A DNA stretch of 64,000 nucleotides from SAR202 cluster bacterium (GTDB lineage: Bacteria > Chloroflexota > Dehalococcoidia > Lucifugimonadales > UBA826). The notes beneath the pieces are model-generated. The model saw only the letters and a list, made by a program, of their open reading frames with translations. It did not search any database and had not been told where the DNA came from. Both the position numbers and the translations under genes were made by a program. Where the stretch lies: assembly GCA_009392815.1 (NCBI GenBank), contig VFFS01000053.1:7216-71215 (forward strand), written 5' to 3'. Below are positions 26,835 to 36,388 of this stretch, piece by piece; position 1 is the first letter of the stretch; every line of letters starts with the position of its first letter.

Positions 26835-27527
26835 TTGGATATAACTGTTTCTAGTCTTATAGAAGGGGCCCGCAGGGCGACCGGAATTACTGTGATCATA
26901 GATGTATTTCGCTGTTTTACAACTGAAGCCGTTGCATTTGAGATGGGAGCTGAGAAGATAATTCTGGTAGCGGAAATAGAGGAAGCTTTTGAGCTAAAGT
27001 CCAACGGCGTTGGAGACGTTCTTATGGGTGAGGTGGGAGGAAAAAGACCGGATGGGTTTGATTATGGTAATTCTCCATTTGAGTTAATAGGGGAAGACCT
27101 AAAAGGTAAAACTATAATTCAATCTACACGTGCCGGGACAGTAGGGGTTACTAACGCTTCTGAGGCTGATCTCATATATGGGGGATCTCTTGCGGTTGCA
27201 TCAGCCACAGTCCGGGCGTTAATGGCTCATGAGCCATCGAAAATCACACTGGTAGCGATGGGGTCAGAAGGAGTGGAAAGGGCAGATGAAGACGAGCAAT
27301 GCGCTCTGTATTTAAGGAATTTGATTCAGGGTAGGAGGCCTGATAGTGAGGCAGTTAGATCTCTTATCATGGTGGGACAAGAGTCTCAGAAATATGATGA
27401 CCCACAAACTCCCCAGTGGCCTTCAGAGGATCGGGAGATGGCTTTAAATATTGATTCACATGATTTCGCTTTAAGGATTTCCAAGGAAGGCGATTTTTTT
27501 GTGTCACGACCAGAGCAAATCACATAA
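26835..27527 (+). CDS. 2-phosphosulfolactate phosphatase (ComB) family protein
   Basis: VIIDVFRCFTTEAVAF...GEVGGKRPDGFDYGNSP matches the ComB-family pattern (DVLRAxTT ... GFDxGNSP). TTG start. Confidence 0.7.
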   Translation: MDITVSSLIEGARRATGITVIIDVFRCFTTEAVAFEMGAEKIILVAEIEEAFELKSNGVGDVLMGEVGGKRPDGFDYGNSPFELIGEDLKGKTIIQSTRAGTVGVTNASEADLIYGGSLAVASATVRALMAHEPSKITLVAMGSEGVERADEDEQCALYLRNLIQGRRPDSEAVRSLIMVGQESQKYDDPQTPQWPSEDREMALNIDSHDFALRISKEGDFFVSRPEQIT

Positions 27528-27562
27528 ATTGGCGCAGAATATTTTCAGGAGGCAATTAGGGT

Positions 27563-28489
27563 ATGAAGTATAGAAAGCTAGGAGGATCAGGGTTGGAGGT
27601 TTCTGAGATTGGATTGGGAACAAACAATTTTGGCCAGCGGCTAGACTTTGAATCCAGTGACCGAGTGATTAGCCAATGTATTGATTCTGGGATTAATCTT
27701 ATTGATACTTCTAATAGTTATGGCGCTACACTTTCTGAAGAGTACATTGGAAGATCACTAGTTGGCCGTCGAGATGGCGTCGTTCTTGCGACAAAAGTGT
27801 CGAGCAGAATGGCAGAGGGCCCCAATCAAGCAGGTAATTCTCGGATCCATATAATGGATCAAATTGATGCTAGCCTAGCCCGCTTGCAGACTGACTATAT
27901 AGATCTATACCAAATTCACTGGTGGGATGATAATACTCCGATTGAGGAGACACTTCGGGCTCTAGACGATTTGGTTCGTGATGGGAAAATAAGGTATTTC
28001 GGATGTTCCAATTTTTCCTCTTGGCAGGTTTGCGAGTCTGTCTGGACCTCTCGGTCCGTTGGTATCAACTCCTTTGTCAGTGTTCAACCACATTACAGCA
28101 TGATGGAAAGGTCAATAGAGTCAGAGCTTTTGCCATTTTGTCAAAAATATGATGTTGGAGTTCTGCCCTATTACCCATTGGCAAATGGATTCTTAACAGG
28201 AAAGTATCGCAGAGGAGAAAATATTCCCGAGGGGACTAGACTTGGGGTAAATGACAGAGGAATGTTTACTGAAGAGAACTTTGATTTGATAGAAAAATTA
28301 GACTCTTTCAGTAGTAAAAGGGAAAAAACGGTTCTAGACCTAGCGTTTGCATGGCTTCTTGCTAGGGATGAAATAAGTTCAGTGATAGCAGGTGCTACTT
28401 CGGCGGAGCAAGTGGTTTCTAATGCCGCAACTGCAGAGTTTGTACTCACAAAAGAGGAATACAACGAAGTAAGTTCCATACTGGCATAG
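27563..28489 (+). CDS. Aldo/keto reductase
   Basis: MKYRKLGGSGLEVSEIGLGTNNFG, DTSNSYG, IDLYQIHWWD and GCSNFSSWQ are AKR family signatures. Confidence 0.88.
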   Translation: MKYRKLGGSGLEVSEIGLGTNNFGQRLDFESSDRVISQCIDSGINLIDTSNSYGATLSEEYIGRSLVGRRDGVVLATKVSSRMAEGPNQAGNSRIHIMDQIDASLARLQTDYIDLYQIHWWDDNTPIEETLRALDDLVRDGKIRYFGCSNFSSWQVCESVWTSRSVGINSFVSVQPHYSMMERSIESELLPFCQKYDVGVLPYYPLANGFLTGKYRRGENIPEGTRLGVNDRGMFTEENFDLIEKLDSFSSKREKTVLDLAFAWLLARDEISSVIAGATSAEQVVSNAATAEFVLTKEEYNEVSSILA

Positions 28490-28505
28490 GCCCTAGGATT
28501 TAATT

Positions 28506-29054
28506 TTATCCGGAAAGTGTTTCTTTTCCCGGTTCAGGCATAACCTCAAAAGCATTTAATGCGCATGCAAGCATGCCATAATAACCATAAGTGGTTGTCA
28601 GCTCGGTGATGCCTTGGGTGCCAAAGAGTTTATCGGCAGCGGAGTAGGTTGAGTCCGTCACTCTCTTCTTGCCAAGCAGTTCCCGCCCATAGGAAATTAC
28701 TATTTGATACTTATAGTCCAACTCGGTGGTGTCTCCCCCCAGTCGGACTGTCTCGATCACATTTTCGGGTACACTAGAATTTCTGGCTATTTCAACATGG
28801 CCTGACCACTCGTAGTCACAATTCATTTCCCTTGCGGCTCCCAATATGGCCACTTCCCTGACATCATCGTCTAACGTGGATTCAAACCTTATAAATTCCC
28901 CGAGATGCGCGGCTCTGCCTGCGATTTCCGGGCTGTGTAGTAGAACTGAAAATGGACCACTAATTCTTCCTCTACTTCCTATTATTTCTTTCACGATGTG
29001 GTGGAATTTTGCATCTACATCAGCTATGTTGGTTAATTGCTTTGCACGTGCCAT
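28506..29054 (-). CDS. Carboxymuconolactone decarboxylase (AhpD-like) family protein
   Basis: 182 aa. CMD-domain-like region REVAILGAAREMNCDYEWSGHVEIA. Confidence 0.65.
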   Translation of the reverse strand: MARAKQLTNIADVDAKFHHIVKEIIGSRGRISGPFSVLLHSPEIAGRAAHLGEFIRFESTLDDDVREVAILGAAREMNCDYEWSGHVEIARNSSVPENVIETVRLGGDTTELDYKYQIVISYGRELLGKKRVTDSTYSAADKLFGTQGITELTTTYGYYGMLACALNAFEVMPEPGKETLSG

Positions 29055-29165
29055 TGTTCACTCCTAATACATGTTCCTAATCACTAAAATGTTTAAAGTT
29101 TGCAGGAGATACCTTGATAAAGCGTATATCTTATTCTAATCGTGCAAGGATGAACGGAGGTACCG

Positions 29166-29990
29166 ATGATTGAATCCGATAAATATTTGATGAAATGTAA
29201 CCAAGACTTCTGGAATTCTTTGGTAGAGGAACATTATGTATCTGAATTTTACGGAGTAGATAGATTCCTGGATGGACAAAATGCTCTAGATGAAATTGAA
29301 CTTGATGTGCTTGGAGAAATAACGGGTAAGGATATTCTTCATGTGCAATGTCATTTTGGGTTGTCTACACTTAATCTAGTTCGAAAAGGTGGTTGTGTAG
29401 CAGGAGCTGATTTTTCCTACAAGGCGGTGAAAGTGGCCGACAAGCTAAGTAAAATATCAGGGTTGAAAGCCAAATTTTATGAGTCCAATGTCTATGAGTT
29501 ATCGGAAAAAATACCGGATAAGTTTGACATTGTGTTTACTTCATATGGGGTCCTTTGCTGGCTCCCAGACCTAGGGGAGTGGGCCAGGCAAATAGCCAGC
29601 AGAATTTATCCAGGTGGGAAATTCTGTATGGTTGAATTCCATCCAATCATGCAGGCTTTGAAAAAAAGTAGCATGGGCCCTGTAATCATTGGAGAACCCT
29701 ACTTCAACGAGGAAGTAATGGAATTTTTACCCGATGGCAGTGGAAGTTATGCGATCCCGGAAGTTCCTAGCCGGCACACAACATATGAGTGGGCTCACCC
29801 AATTTCAGAAATAATAACGTCTTTGGTGGAGGCTGGACTTCATATTCAAAAAATGGAGGAGTACCCATATACTACTCAAGGTGGATTCTCTGAATGCTTA
29901 ACAGAGGGTCAAGATGGTTTGTGGAGATACCCGGAATCTGAATTTGGTGTGCCCTTGACGTTTTCAATCACGGCGGGAAAGCCAAATTAA
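29166..29990 (+). CDS. Class I SAM-dependent methyltransferase
   Basis: ILHVQCHFGLSTLNLVRKGGCVAGADFS (motif I-like) and DIVFTSYGVLCWLPD (motif II-like). Confidence 0.7.
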   Translation: MIESDKYLMKCNQDFWNSLVEEHYVSEFYGVDRFLDGQNALDEIELDVLGEITGKDILHVQCHFGLSTLNLVRKGGCVAGADFSYKAVKVADKLSKISGLKAKFYESNVYELSEKIPDKFDIVFTSYGVLCWLPDLGEWARQIASRIYPGGKFCMVEFHPIMQALKKSSMGPVIIGEPYFNEEVMEFLPDGSGSYAIPEVPSRHTTYEWAHPISEIITSLVEAGLHIQKMEEYPYTTQGGFSECLTEGQDGLWRYPESEFGVPLTFSITAGKPN

Positions 29991-30103
29991 TTTATAGAAA
30001 GTCGTATTTCAATTAACATCCCTATTCTTTGGGATCCTGAATAACCATTTCATTGGTTGTTTTGAAAGTTAGGTGGACACACGGTCCACTATATCTAAAA
30101 GCT

Positions 30104-30337
30104 TCAACCAACTCCGTGGAAGCCAACCTCGACGTTTTCGCCAGTAACCATGACAGGAGTTATTCTCTCTCCGCCAGTCAGTTCCTCCACTTTGTCCCAT
30201 AGTTCGGGGTTAAGGGCAAGATCAAACTCTTCAAAATCTATCGCTAAGTCTTGCAATTCGCTCTTTAGGGCGTCAGAGTAGGTGCAATCCGGATGTGTGT
30301 ATAACGTTATTGAGTCTTCCAACGACTTATTCTCCAC
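30104..30337 (-). CDS. Glutaredoxin-like small thioredoxin-fold protein (CxxS active site)
   Basis: 77 aa. ITLYTHPDCTYSDALKSEL followed by ...RITPVMV..., consistent with a Grx/NrdH-like fold. The second active-site Cys is replaced by Ser. Confidence 0.6.
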   Translation of the reverse strand: MENKSLEDSITLYTHPDCTYSDALKSELQDLAIDFEEFDLALNPELWDKVEELTGGERITPVMVTGENVEVGFHGVG

Positions 30338-30444
30338 ATTCTGAGTAATTGAGTTACGCTCTAATTCTAGGGAACCTTTTCAGTCAATGCAAAGGCAACC
30401 TTGTATGAAAGAACAAACATAATCATTTTGGCTAGGCGGTAACA

Positions 30445-31428
30445 ATGGATCCATTAGAAAATGTGCAGCTCGGCAGGACCGGAGTGAAGGTAACGCGTCT
30501 GGGGCTGGGTGGTGCACCCATGGGTGCATTATCTTCGGACGTGGGTATAGATATTGCGAATGAGACCTTGAAACAGGCTTATGAAGAAGGTGTTAGATAC
30601 TTTGATACTGCGCCATTGTATGGTAGCGGTAAAAGCGAAGTTTTCTTTGGTGAATTTCTTTCAACTCTTGACCGCGATTCTTTTACTCTCTCTTCCAAGG
30701 TGGGAAGAGTTTTGGACCGTTCATACACTCCATCTGGAGACTCAACTAATGTCAATACTACTGAGTTGAAAGTTGGCTTTGATTATTCAAGGGATGGTGT
30801 GCTCAGATCAATTGAGGAAAGTCTGGTTAGGCTTAATCTTGATCGGATAGACGTTGCTCTTATACATGATCCGGACGATCATTATGAGGAAGCACTTGAT
30901 ACGGCATTTCCCACGTTAGCGGATCTCAGAAGCCAGGGAGTGATTGGCGCTATCGGATCCGGAATGAACCAGTGGGAGATGCTAACTGATTTTGCCAGAA
31001 ATGCTGACTTCGATTGCTTTCTTATTGCTGGACGTTACACACTTCTCGATTATTCGGCCTTGACAGAATTTTTCCCAATTTGCGAAGAAAAATCCATTAG
31101 CGTCATACTCGGGGGACCTTATAATAGTGGGATTTTAGCTTCGGACCTTGGGCCGGAATCCACTTACTTCTATGAAACAGCGCCTCAAAATGTCATTGAA
31201 AAAGCAAAATCTATTAGGGATATTTGTAACGATTTCAATATTCCTCTAAAAGCGGCTGCTCTACAGTTTGGTCTTCTGCATCCTGTCGTTGCGGCAACAA
31301 TACCTGGAGCTAGGAAGCCTGCGGAAATTGCGGAGAATGTGAAAATGGCAAGTATCAATATTCCATCAGATTTATGGAAGAATCTTAAGTCCACAGGACT
31401 ACTTCCAGAACAAGCTCCTACGGATTAA
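30445..31428 (+). CDS. Aldo/keto reductase (aldose 1-dehydrogenase-like)
   Basis: LGRTGVKVTRLGLGGAPMG, FDTAPLYGSGKSE, IDVALIHDPD: AKR family. Followed by a sugar mutarotase gene. Confidence 0.85.
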   Translation: MDPLENVQLGRTGVKVTRLGLGGAPMGALSSDVGIDIANETLKQAYEEGVRYFDTAPLYGSGKSEVFFGEFLSTLDRDSFTLSSKVGRVLDRSYTPSGDSTNVNTTELKVGFDYSRDGVLRSIEESLVRLNLDRIDVALIHDPDDHYEEALDTAFPTLADLRSQGVIGAIGSGMNQWEMLTDFARNADFDCFLIAGRYTLLDYSALTEFFPICEEKSISVILGGPYNSGILASDLGPESTYFYETAPQNVIEKAKSIRDICNDFNIPLKAAALQFGLLHPVVAATIPGARKPAEIAENVKMASINIPSDLWKNLKSTGLLPEQAPTD

Positions 31429-31457
31429 TTGGCAGGCAATTAAGGTTGGAATTTGAT

Positions 31458-31796
31458 ATGAAGACATACGCAATGGCTTTGGATCTGGTAGATGACATCG
31501 CTTCAATTGAGCAATACAAAGAATTTCATCTTGAGGTTTGGCCTGAGGTTAAAGAGGGGCTTATAAACATAGGAATTGAAGAGATGAGGATATTTCTTTC
31601 TGGGACTAGATTATTCATGGTTCTGAATGTTCCGGATGACTTCGATTTAGAGAATGATTTTCAGGCCTATGCTGATTCGTCTCCTAAGGCCACGGAATGG
31701 GATACCCTCATGAGAACCTATCAGAAAAAAGTGCCAGCGGCAGAGAACAATGAATGGTGGTCTCCGATGGAGGAAGTATTTAATCTTAATTCGTGA
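31458..31796 (+). CDS. L-rhamnose mutarotase (DUF718) family protein
   Basis: MKTYAMALDLVDD...YKEFHLEVWPEVKEGLINIGIEEMRIFL...W..M..VF resembles RhaM. The track start (31446, TTG) is 4 codons upstream. Confidence 0.7.
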   Translation: MKTYAMALDLVDDIASIEQYKEFHLEVWPEVKEGLINIGIEEMRIFLSGTRLFMVLNVPDDFDLENDFQAYADSSPKATEWDTLMRTYQKKVPAAENNEWWSPMEEVFNLNS

Positions 31797-31826
31797 GACA
31801 GCATTATATGTTCATGGTTTGGGTAG

Positions 31827-32195
31827 GTGGAAATGCAAGTATTATGGAATCAGTCATGTGACAAATTAAATAGGAAGTCAGTTCCTATTTCTGAGAATGA
31901 ATTAGTTGATTTATATAAATTGTTGCCTTGCTGGCAAATACAGTGTTTTGAAAATGCCAGAGCGGTTAGGAAACTTTTTAGCTTCGCATCTTTCAAAAGC
32001 GCGTCACTTTTTGTAAAAAAATTAACTAAGATCCAAGACGAGCAAAATCACCATGCAAAAGTCATCGTCGATCGCAAAAATGTTGAGGTCATCTGGTGGA
32101 CACATATGTTCAACAATCTCCATAAAAATGATTTTATTATGGCTGCGAAAACCGATCATTTATATCTGCATGAAGATTCAGAAGAAACCAATTAA
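31827..32195 (+). CDS. Pterin-4a-carbinolamine dehydratase-like protein
   Basis: W..........RKLFSF.SF..A..FV.....I.DEQNHHAKV....KNVEVIWWTH....L.KNDF.MA resembles the PCD/DCoH pattern, with HHA in place of HHP. Confidence 0.5.
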   Translation: MEMQVLWNQSCDKLNRKSVPISENELVDLYKLLPCWQIQCFENARAVRKLFSFASFKSASLFVKKLTKIQDEQNHHAKVIVDRKNVEVIWWTHMFNNLHKNDFIMAAKTDHLYLHEDSEETN

Positions 32196-32292
32196 TATGG
32201 CTGTGTTATGAACTTCGCGTTTGGAATGTATACTTGAACAGTGGGGAGTTGGACCTCTCATATTTTAAAGATATCTCTGAAAGGAATTTCAT

Positions 32293-32943
32293 TTGCCTAG
32301 ATATTATCCGGCATTTATTGACGTTAAAGACAGAACTTGTGTAGTAATAGGTGGTGGGGATTTTGGTGAGGAAAAAGTAGTGAAACTGCTTGAGTGTGAC
32401 GCCTCTGTGAGGGTGATAAGTACTCATGTAAACGAATCTGTATCTGAGATGGCTGAGAAAGGGATTATAGAGTGGTTGAGGAGAACATATCAGGCGGGAG
32501 ATCTCTCAGATGCTTTTATCGCAATTGCCGCGGATAATCCAGAGGATGTAAATCTTCAGATTGCCGAAGAGGCTACGGAAAGGAATGTCCCTTTGAATGT
32601 GGTGGATGTTACCCATCTCTGCACTTTCATAGCACCTTCTGTCGCACGCCGTGGAGAAGTAACTGTGGCTACATCCACTGGTGGGGCTAGCCCTGCTTTG
32701 GCCAGGACATTTAGAGAGAAAGTTGAATCCGATTGCCCTTGTAGGATGCTTGAATATGCGGATTTGGCGCCCATACTCTCATGGGCTCGTGGCATCGTTA
32801 GAGAGAGGGGATGGAATATAGTCCCGGCATACTGGCAGAATTGTATTAACGAGGATCTGCTAGATTTGGTGCAGTCAGGTCGTGATGCAGAAGCGCAGAC
32901 TCATTTAATCAACTGTTTAGAAAAAGGTAATACCAATAATTAG
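32293..32943 (+). CDS. sirC: Precorrin-2 dehydrogenase / sirohydrochlorin ferrochelatase (SirC / CysG N-domain type)
   Basis: YYPAFIDVKDRTCVVIGGGDFGEEKVVKLL Rossmann N-terminus, ...ATSTGGASPALAR motif. TTG start. Confidence 0.8.
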   Translation: MPRYYPAFIDVKDRTCVVIGGGDFGEEKVVKLLECDASVRVISTHVNESVSEMAEKGIIEWLRRTYQAGDLSDAFIAIAADNPEDVNLQIAEEATERNVPLNVVDVTHLCTFIAPSVARRGEVTVATSTGGASPALARTFREKVESDCPCRMLEYADLAPILSWARGIVRERGWNIVPAYWQNCINEDLLDLVQSGRDAEAQTHLINCLEKGNTNN

Positions 32944-32953
32944 GACGGCAATC

Positions 32954-33880
32954 ATGCCATCTGGTAAATCTATAAGAGTAGCGACTAGGTCCAGTCCTCT
33001 ATCAATTGCACAAACGGATGAAACTATTTTGCAATTGAGAAAAGCCCTACCGGATCACTCATTTGAAATCATTGCTTTACAGTCGGAGGGAGATAAGCGG
33101 AAAAGTGAGGATCTTTCACGTTTAGAGAGAGGAGTATTTGCGAAATCAGTCGAACTTGCTCTATTAGATGGTAGAGCAGATATAGCCGTTCATAGCGCGA
33201 AAGATGTTCCAGCTGAGATCCTTGATGATCTTCAAATAGCTGGCTATTTAAAGCGGCAAGACCCAAGAGATGTATTAGTACATTCTGGGAATGAATCACT
33301 GCGAGAATTACCAAAAGGATTTAGGCTTGGGACAAGTAGCCAGCGTCGTGCCTGCCAGATATTGCGTATACGTCCAGACCTCAAAATAGTGCCCATAAGG
33401 GGAAATGTAGATACGAGAATTTCTTTTATTGGTACAGACGAGGTTGACGGTGTGGTATTAGCAGCATCTGGCATCTTTCGTTTGGGGTTGGAGAAACAAA
33501 TATCCTCTTACCTTCCCACTAAGGATTGTGTGCCTGATGTTGGTCAAGGAGCGATCCTAGTCCAATGTTCTTCTGGAGATGAATCTCTTTACGCCACATT
33601 GAATAAGGCACTTGACACCAAAACGGAAATAGAAGTCACTTCTGAGAGAGCTTTTCTCAGTTTCATATCTGCTAGCTGTAAATCACCTGTTGCTGCTTAT
33701 TCGGTTTTAGATGGGGACGTACTGTCTATGACCGCTATGGCGGGTCTTCCTGATGGGAGCGAATACTATTTCGTTGAACATTCAGGCAAATCTAACTCGC
33801 CAATTGAAGCTGGTGAAGAATTAGCGATAAAACTTGCGAAATCCGGAGCGGTACATCTACTAGGGAAATTAATTGTCTGA
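32954..33880 (+). CDS. hemC: Hydroxymethylbilane synthase (porphobilinogen deaminase)
   Basis: IRVATRSSPLSIAQT, FAKSVELALLDGRADIAVHSAKDVP, LGTSSQRR, RGNVDTR: HemC signatures. Confidence 0.92.
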   Translation: MPSGKSIRVATRSSPLSIAQTDETILQLRKALPDHSFEIIALQSEGDKRKSEDLSRLERGVFAKSVELALLDGRADIAVHSAKDVPAEILDDLQIAGYLKRQDPRDVLVHSGNESLRELPKGFRLGTSSQRRACQILRIRPDLKIVPIRGNVDTRISFIGTDEVDGVVLAASGIFRLGLEKQISSYLPTKDCVPDVGQGAILVQCSSGDESLYATLNKALDTKTEIEVTSERAFLSFISASCKSPVAAYSVLDGDVLSMTAMAGLPDGSEYYFVEHSGKSNSPIEAGEELAIKLAKSGAVHLLGKLIV

Positions 33881-35390
33881 CGAAAGGATAGTGGGAAAAG
33901 TTTTTTTAGTAGGCGCTGGGCCAGGTGATTCTGGCTTAGTAACAAGGCGGGGAGCTTATCTTATTGAGCAAGCCGACGTAATTATTTATGACAGGCTTGT
34001 TGGATCCGATATATTGGATTTAGCTGCCGACTCCACAGAGCTCATTAATGTTGGTAAGACACCAGGCAAATCCAGTATTAGTCAGTCGAATATTAATAAC
34101 TTGCTGATAGATGAAGCTAAGAAAGGAAAGACGGTAGTGAGGTTGAAGGGGGGCGATCCCTTCGTTTTTGGTAGAGGAGCAGAGGAAGCCGCGGCTCTTT
34201 CTGAACAGGGTATACACTTTGAGGTCGTCTCAGGTGTCACATCAGCTATAGCTGGTCCAGGCTCTGCAGGGATCCCTGTGACAGATCGGGGAAAAGCATC
34301 CTATTTCACAGTTGTAACTGCATCTGAAAGCCCAGGCAAGACGGATTCAGATATAAATTGGGATGCCATTGCCAAAGGAAATGAGACCGTCATAGTGTTG
34401 ATGGGATCAAAAAATATAGATGAGATTTCTAAAGTGTTGATAGAGGGAGGTCGAGACCCATCTACCCCAGCAGCGATCGTTGAGTCAGCCACAATGGCGA
34501 ACCAGAGGGAAATCTTCGGAATGCTCGCAAATATAGGTGAACTTGCAGCACTATCAAGAATTTCTGCGCCTTGTGTGCTCGTCATTGGTGAGGTTGTCGA
34601 ATCGGCAAAAAAATTGCAAGTACGGACTAATTTCCCGTTGATAGGAAAAAAAATTCTCGTTACCAGGTCTCGTGACCAAGCCAGTAAACTTAGTCTGGCA
34701 TTAAGAGATCTAGGGGCAACGGTAGTGGAGCTTCCGACAATTGCAATAGGCCCTATTGATGACTATACAGATCTGGATGCAGCTATTGGGAATCTCAGTG
34801 ATTACGAGTGGGTTATTTTTTCTAGTGTAAACGCAGTGAATGCATTCTATTCTAGATTGATTCAGAAAGGGTTAGATTCTAGACATTTCGCTGAAGTGAA
34901 GATTGGTGCTATTGGCCCAGCGACCTGTCATGCCCTTGGTCTTAAAGGTATTGCACCTGACTTTATACCACCACGGGCCGTATCGGATTCTCTCATTTCA
35001 AATTTTCCTCATCCTAGATCAGATGTCCAAAAAATATTGTTGCCTTCCCCAAAAGTAGCTCCTGAGACAATAAAATTGGGATTGGGGAAATTAGGTTGGA
35101 GCGTTCATAGGGTGGAAGCATATAGGACAGTGATTCCTAAAGAGTCGGTTAAAAAAGCCGAACTAATTCTTAATGAGGGTCTGGATATGGTGACTTTCAC
35201 GAGTTCATCAACGGTAACAAATCTTGATGCTATGATCGAATCTGGAATTCCGCCAGACGTTTATATAGCATGTATTGGTCCTGTGACTGCTAAGACTGCT
35301 TGTGACAAGGGTATGAAACCCGACATAATCGCTGAGGAACATACTATCAATGGGTTGGTGTCGGCTATCACATTTTTTTATTCTAGTTGA
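33873..35390 (+). CDS. cobA/hemD: Fused uroporphyrinogen-III C-methyltransferase / uroporphyrinogen-III synthase
   Basis: N-terminal half VFLVGAGPGDSGLVTRRG...RLKGGDPFVFGRG (SUMT). C-terminal half GKKILVTRSRDQA...FTSSSTV (HemD). 505 aa. Confidence 0.9.
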   Translation: MSDERIVGKVFLVGAGPGDSGLVTRRGAYLIEQADVIIYDRLVGSDILDLAADSTELINVGKTPGKSSISQSNINNLLIDEAKKGKTVVRLKGGDPFVFGRGAEEAAALSEQGIHFEVVSGVTSAIAGPGSAGIPVTDRGKASYFTVVTASESPGKTDSDINWDAIAKGNETVIVLMGSKNIDEISKVLIEGGRDPSTPAAIVESATMANQREIFGMLANIGELAALSRISAPCVLVIGEVVESAKKLQVRTNFPLIGKKILVTRSRDQASKLSLALRDLGATVVELPTIAIGPIDDYTDLDAAIGNLSDYEWVIFSSVNAVNAFYSRLIQKGLDSRHFAEVKIGAIGPATCHALGLKGIAPDFIPPRAVSDSLISNFPHPRSDVQKILLPSPKVAPETIKLGLGKLGWSVHRVEAYRTVIPKESVKKAELILNEGLDMVTFTSSSTVTNLDAMIESGIPPDVYIACIGPVTAKTACDKGMKPDIIAEEHTINGLVSAITFFYSS

Positions 35391-35396
35391 GGTAGG

Positions 35397-36368
35397 ATGA
35401 TGTCTTTTCCACATTCGCGTCTTCGGCGGCTTAGACAGAGTAGTGAAATGCTTTCTCTGACGTCAGAAACTAGATTGTCAGTTGAGGATTTTGTATATCC
35501 AATGTTCGTTATACATGGACACGGCAAGAAAATCCCAATCGAACCAATGCCTGGTATATATCAATTGTCTGTGGATATGCTTGCTGAGGAAATAAAGGAA
35601 GTTACTTCATTAGGCATTCGGTCGGTGTTGTTATTCGGAATACCGGAGACTAAAGATGCCACAGGTTCCGGTGGGATCGACACCAACGGAGTGATACAAG
35701 TAGCTATTCGAGAAATAAAGACGCTGGACCCTAATCTAATTGTCATGACGGATGTTTGTTTATGCGACTACACAGATCACGGGCATTGTGGAATCATAAA
35801 AGGATCCAACATTGATAACGATGCTACCCTACCCCTTTTACAAGAGATGGCAGTGTCACATGCTCAGAACGGAGCTGACGTGGTAGCTCCGTCGGCTATG
35901 ATGGATGGACAAGTTGGTGCCATTCGCTCCTCACTAGATTCAGCAGGCAAAAAAGACACTGTTATTATGGGTTATTCCAGTAAATTTGCTTCTGGGTTTT
36001 ATGGCCCCTTTAGAGTAGCAGCACAGTCTGCTCCCCAGTTTGGAAATCGAACAAGCTACCAAGCTGACCCTGCTAATGTGCGTCAGGCAATGTTGGAAAT
36101 CGAACAGGATATAGAAGAGGGGGCAGACATTATTATGGTTAAGCCCGCACTGTCTTATTTGGATGTGATTAGGGCCGCTCGGGAAAGATTTGATCTTCCA
36201 TTGGCGGCCTATAACGTAAGTGGGGAATATTCAATGGTAAAGGCGGCCTCAGCTAGTGACTGGATCGAAGGAGATAGAGTTAGGGACGAAATTCTTACCT
36301 CGATCAAACGAGCAGGGGCGGACATAATTATTAGTTATCACGCAAAAGAAATTGCTTCTGCCGTATAA
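35397..36368 (+). CDS. hemB: Porphobilinogen synthase (delta-aminolevulinate dehydratase), Zn type
   Basis: RLRRLR, DVCLCDYTDHGHCG (Cys-rich Zn site), APSAMMDGQV, MVKPA, YNVSGEY. Confidence 0.93.
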   Translation: MMSFPHSRLRRLRQSSEMLSLTSETRLSVEDFVYPMFVIHGHGKKIPIEPMPGIYQLSVDMLAEEIKEVTSLGIRSVLLFGIPETKDATGSGGIDTNGVIQVAIREIKTLDPNLIVMTDVCLCDYTDHGHCGIIKGSNIDNDATLPLLQEMAVSHAQNGADVVAPSAMMDGQVGAIRSSLDSAGKKDTVIMGYSSKFASGFYGPFRVAAQSAPQFGNRTSYQADPANVRQAMLEIEQDIEEGADIIMVKPALSYLDVIRAARERFDLPLAAYNVSGEYSMVKAASASDWIEGDRVRDEILTSIKRAGADIIISYHAKEIASAV

Positions 36369-36388
36369 CCGTGAACCATATTCTGGGG

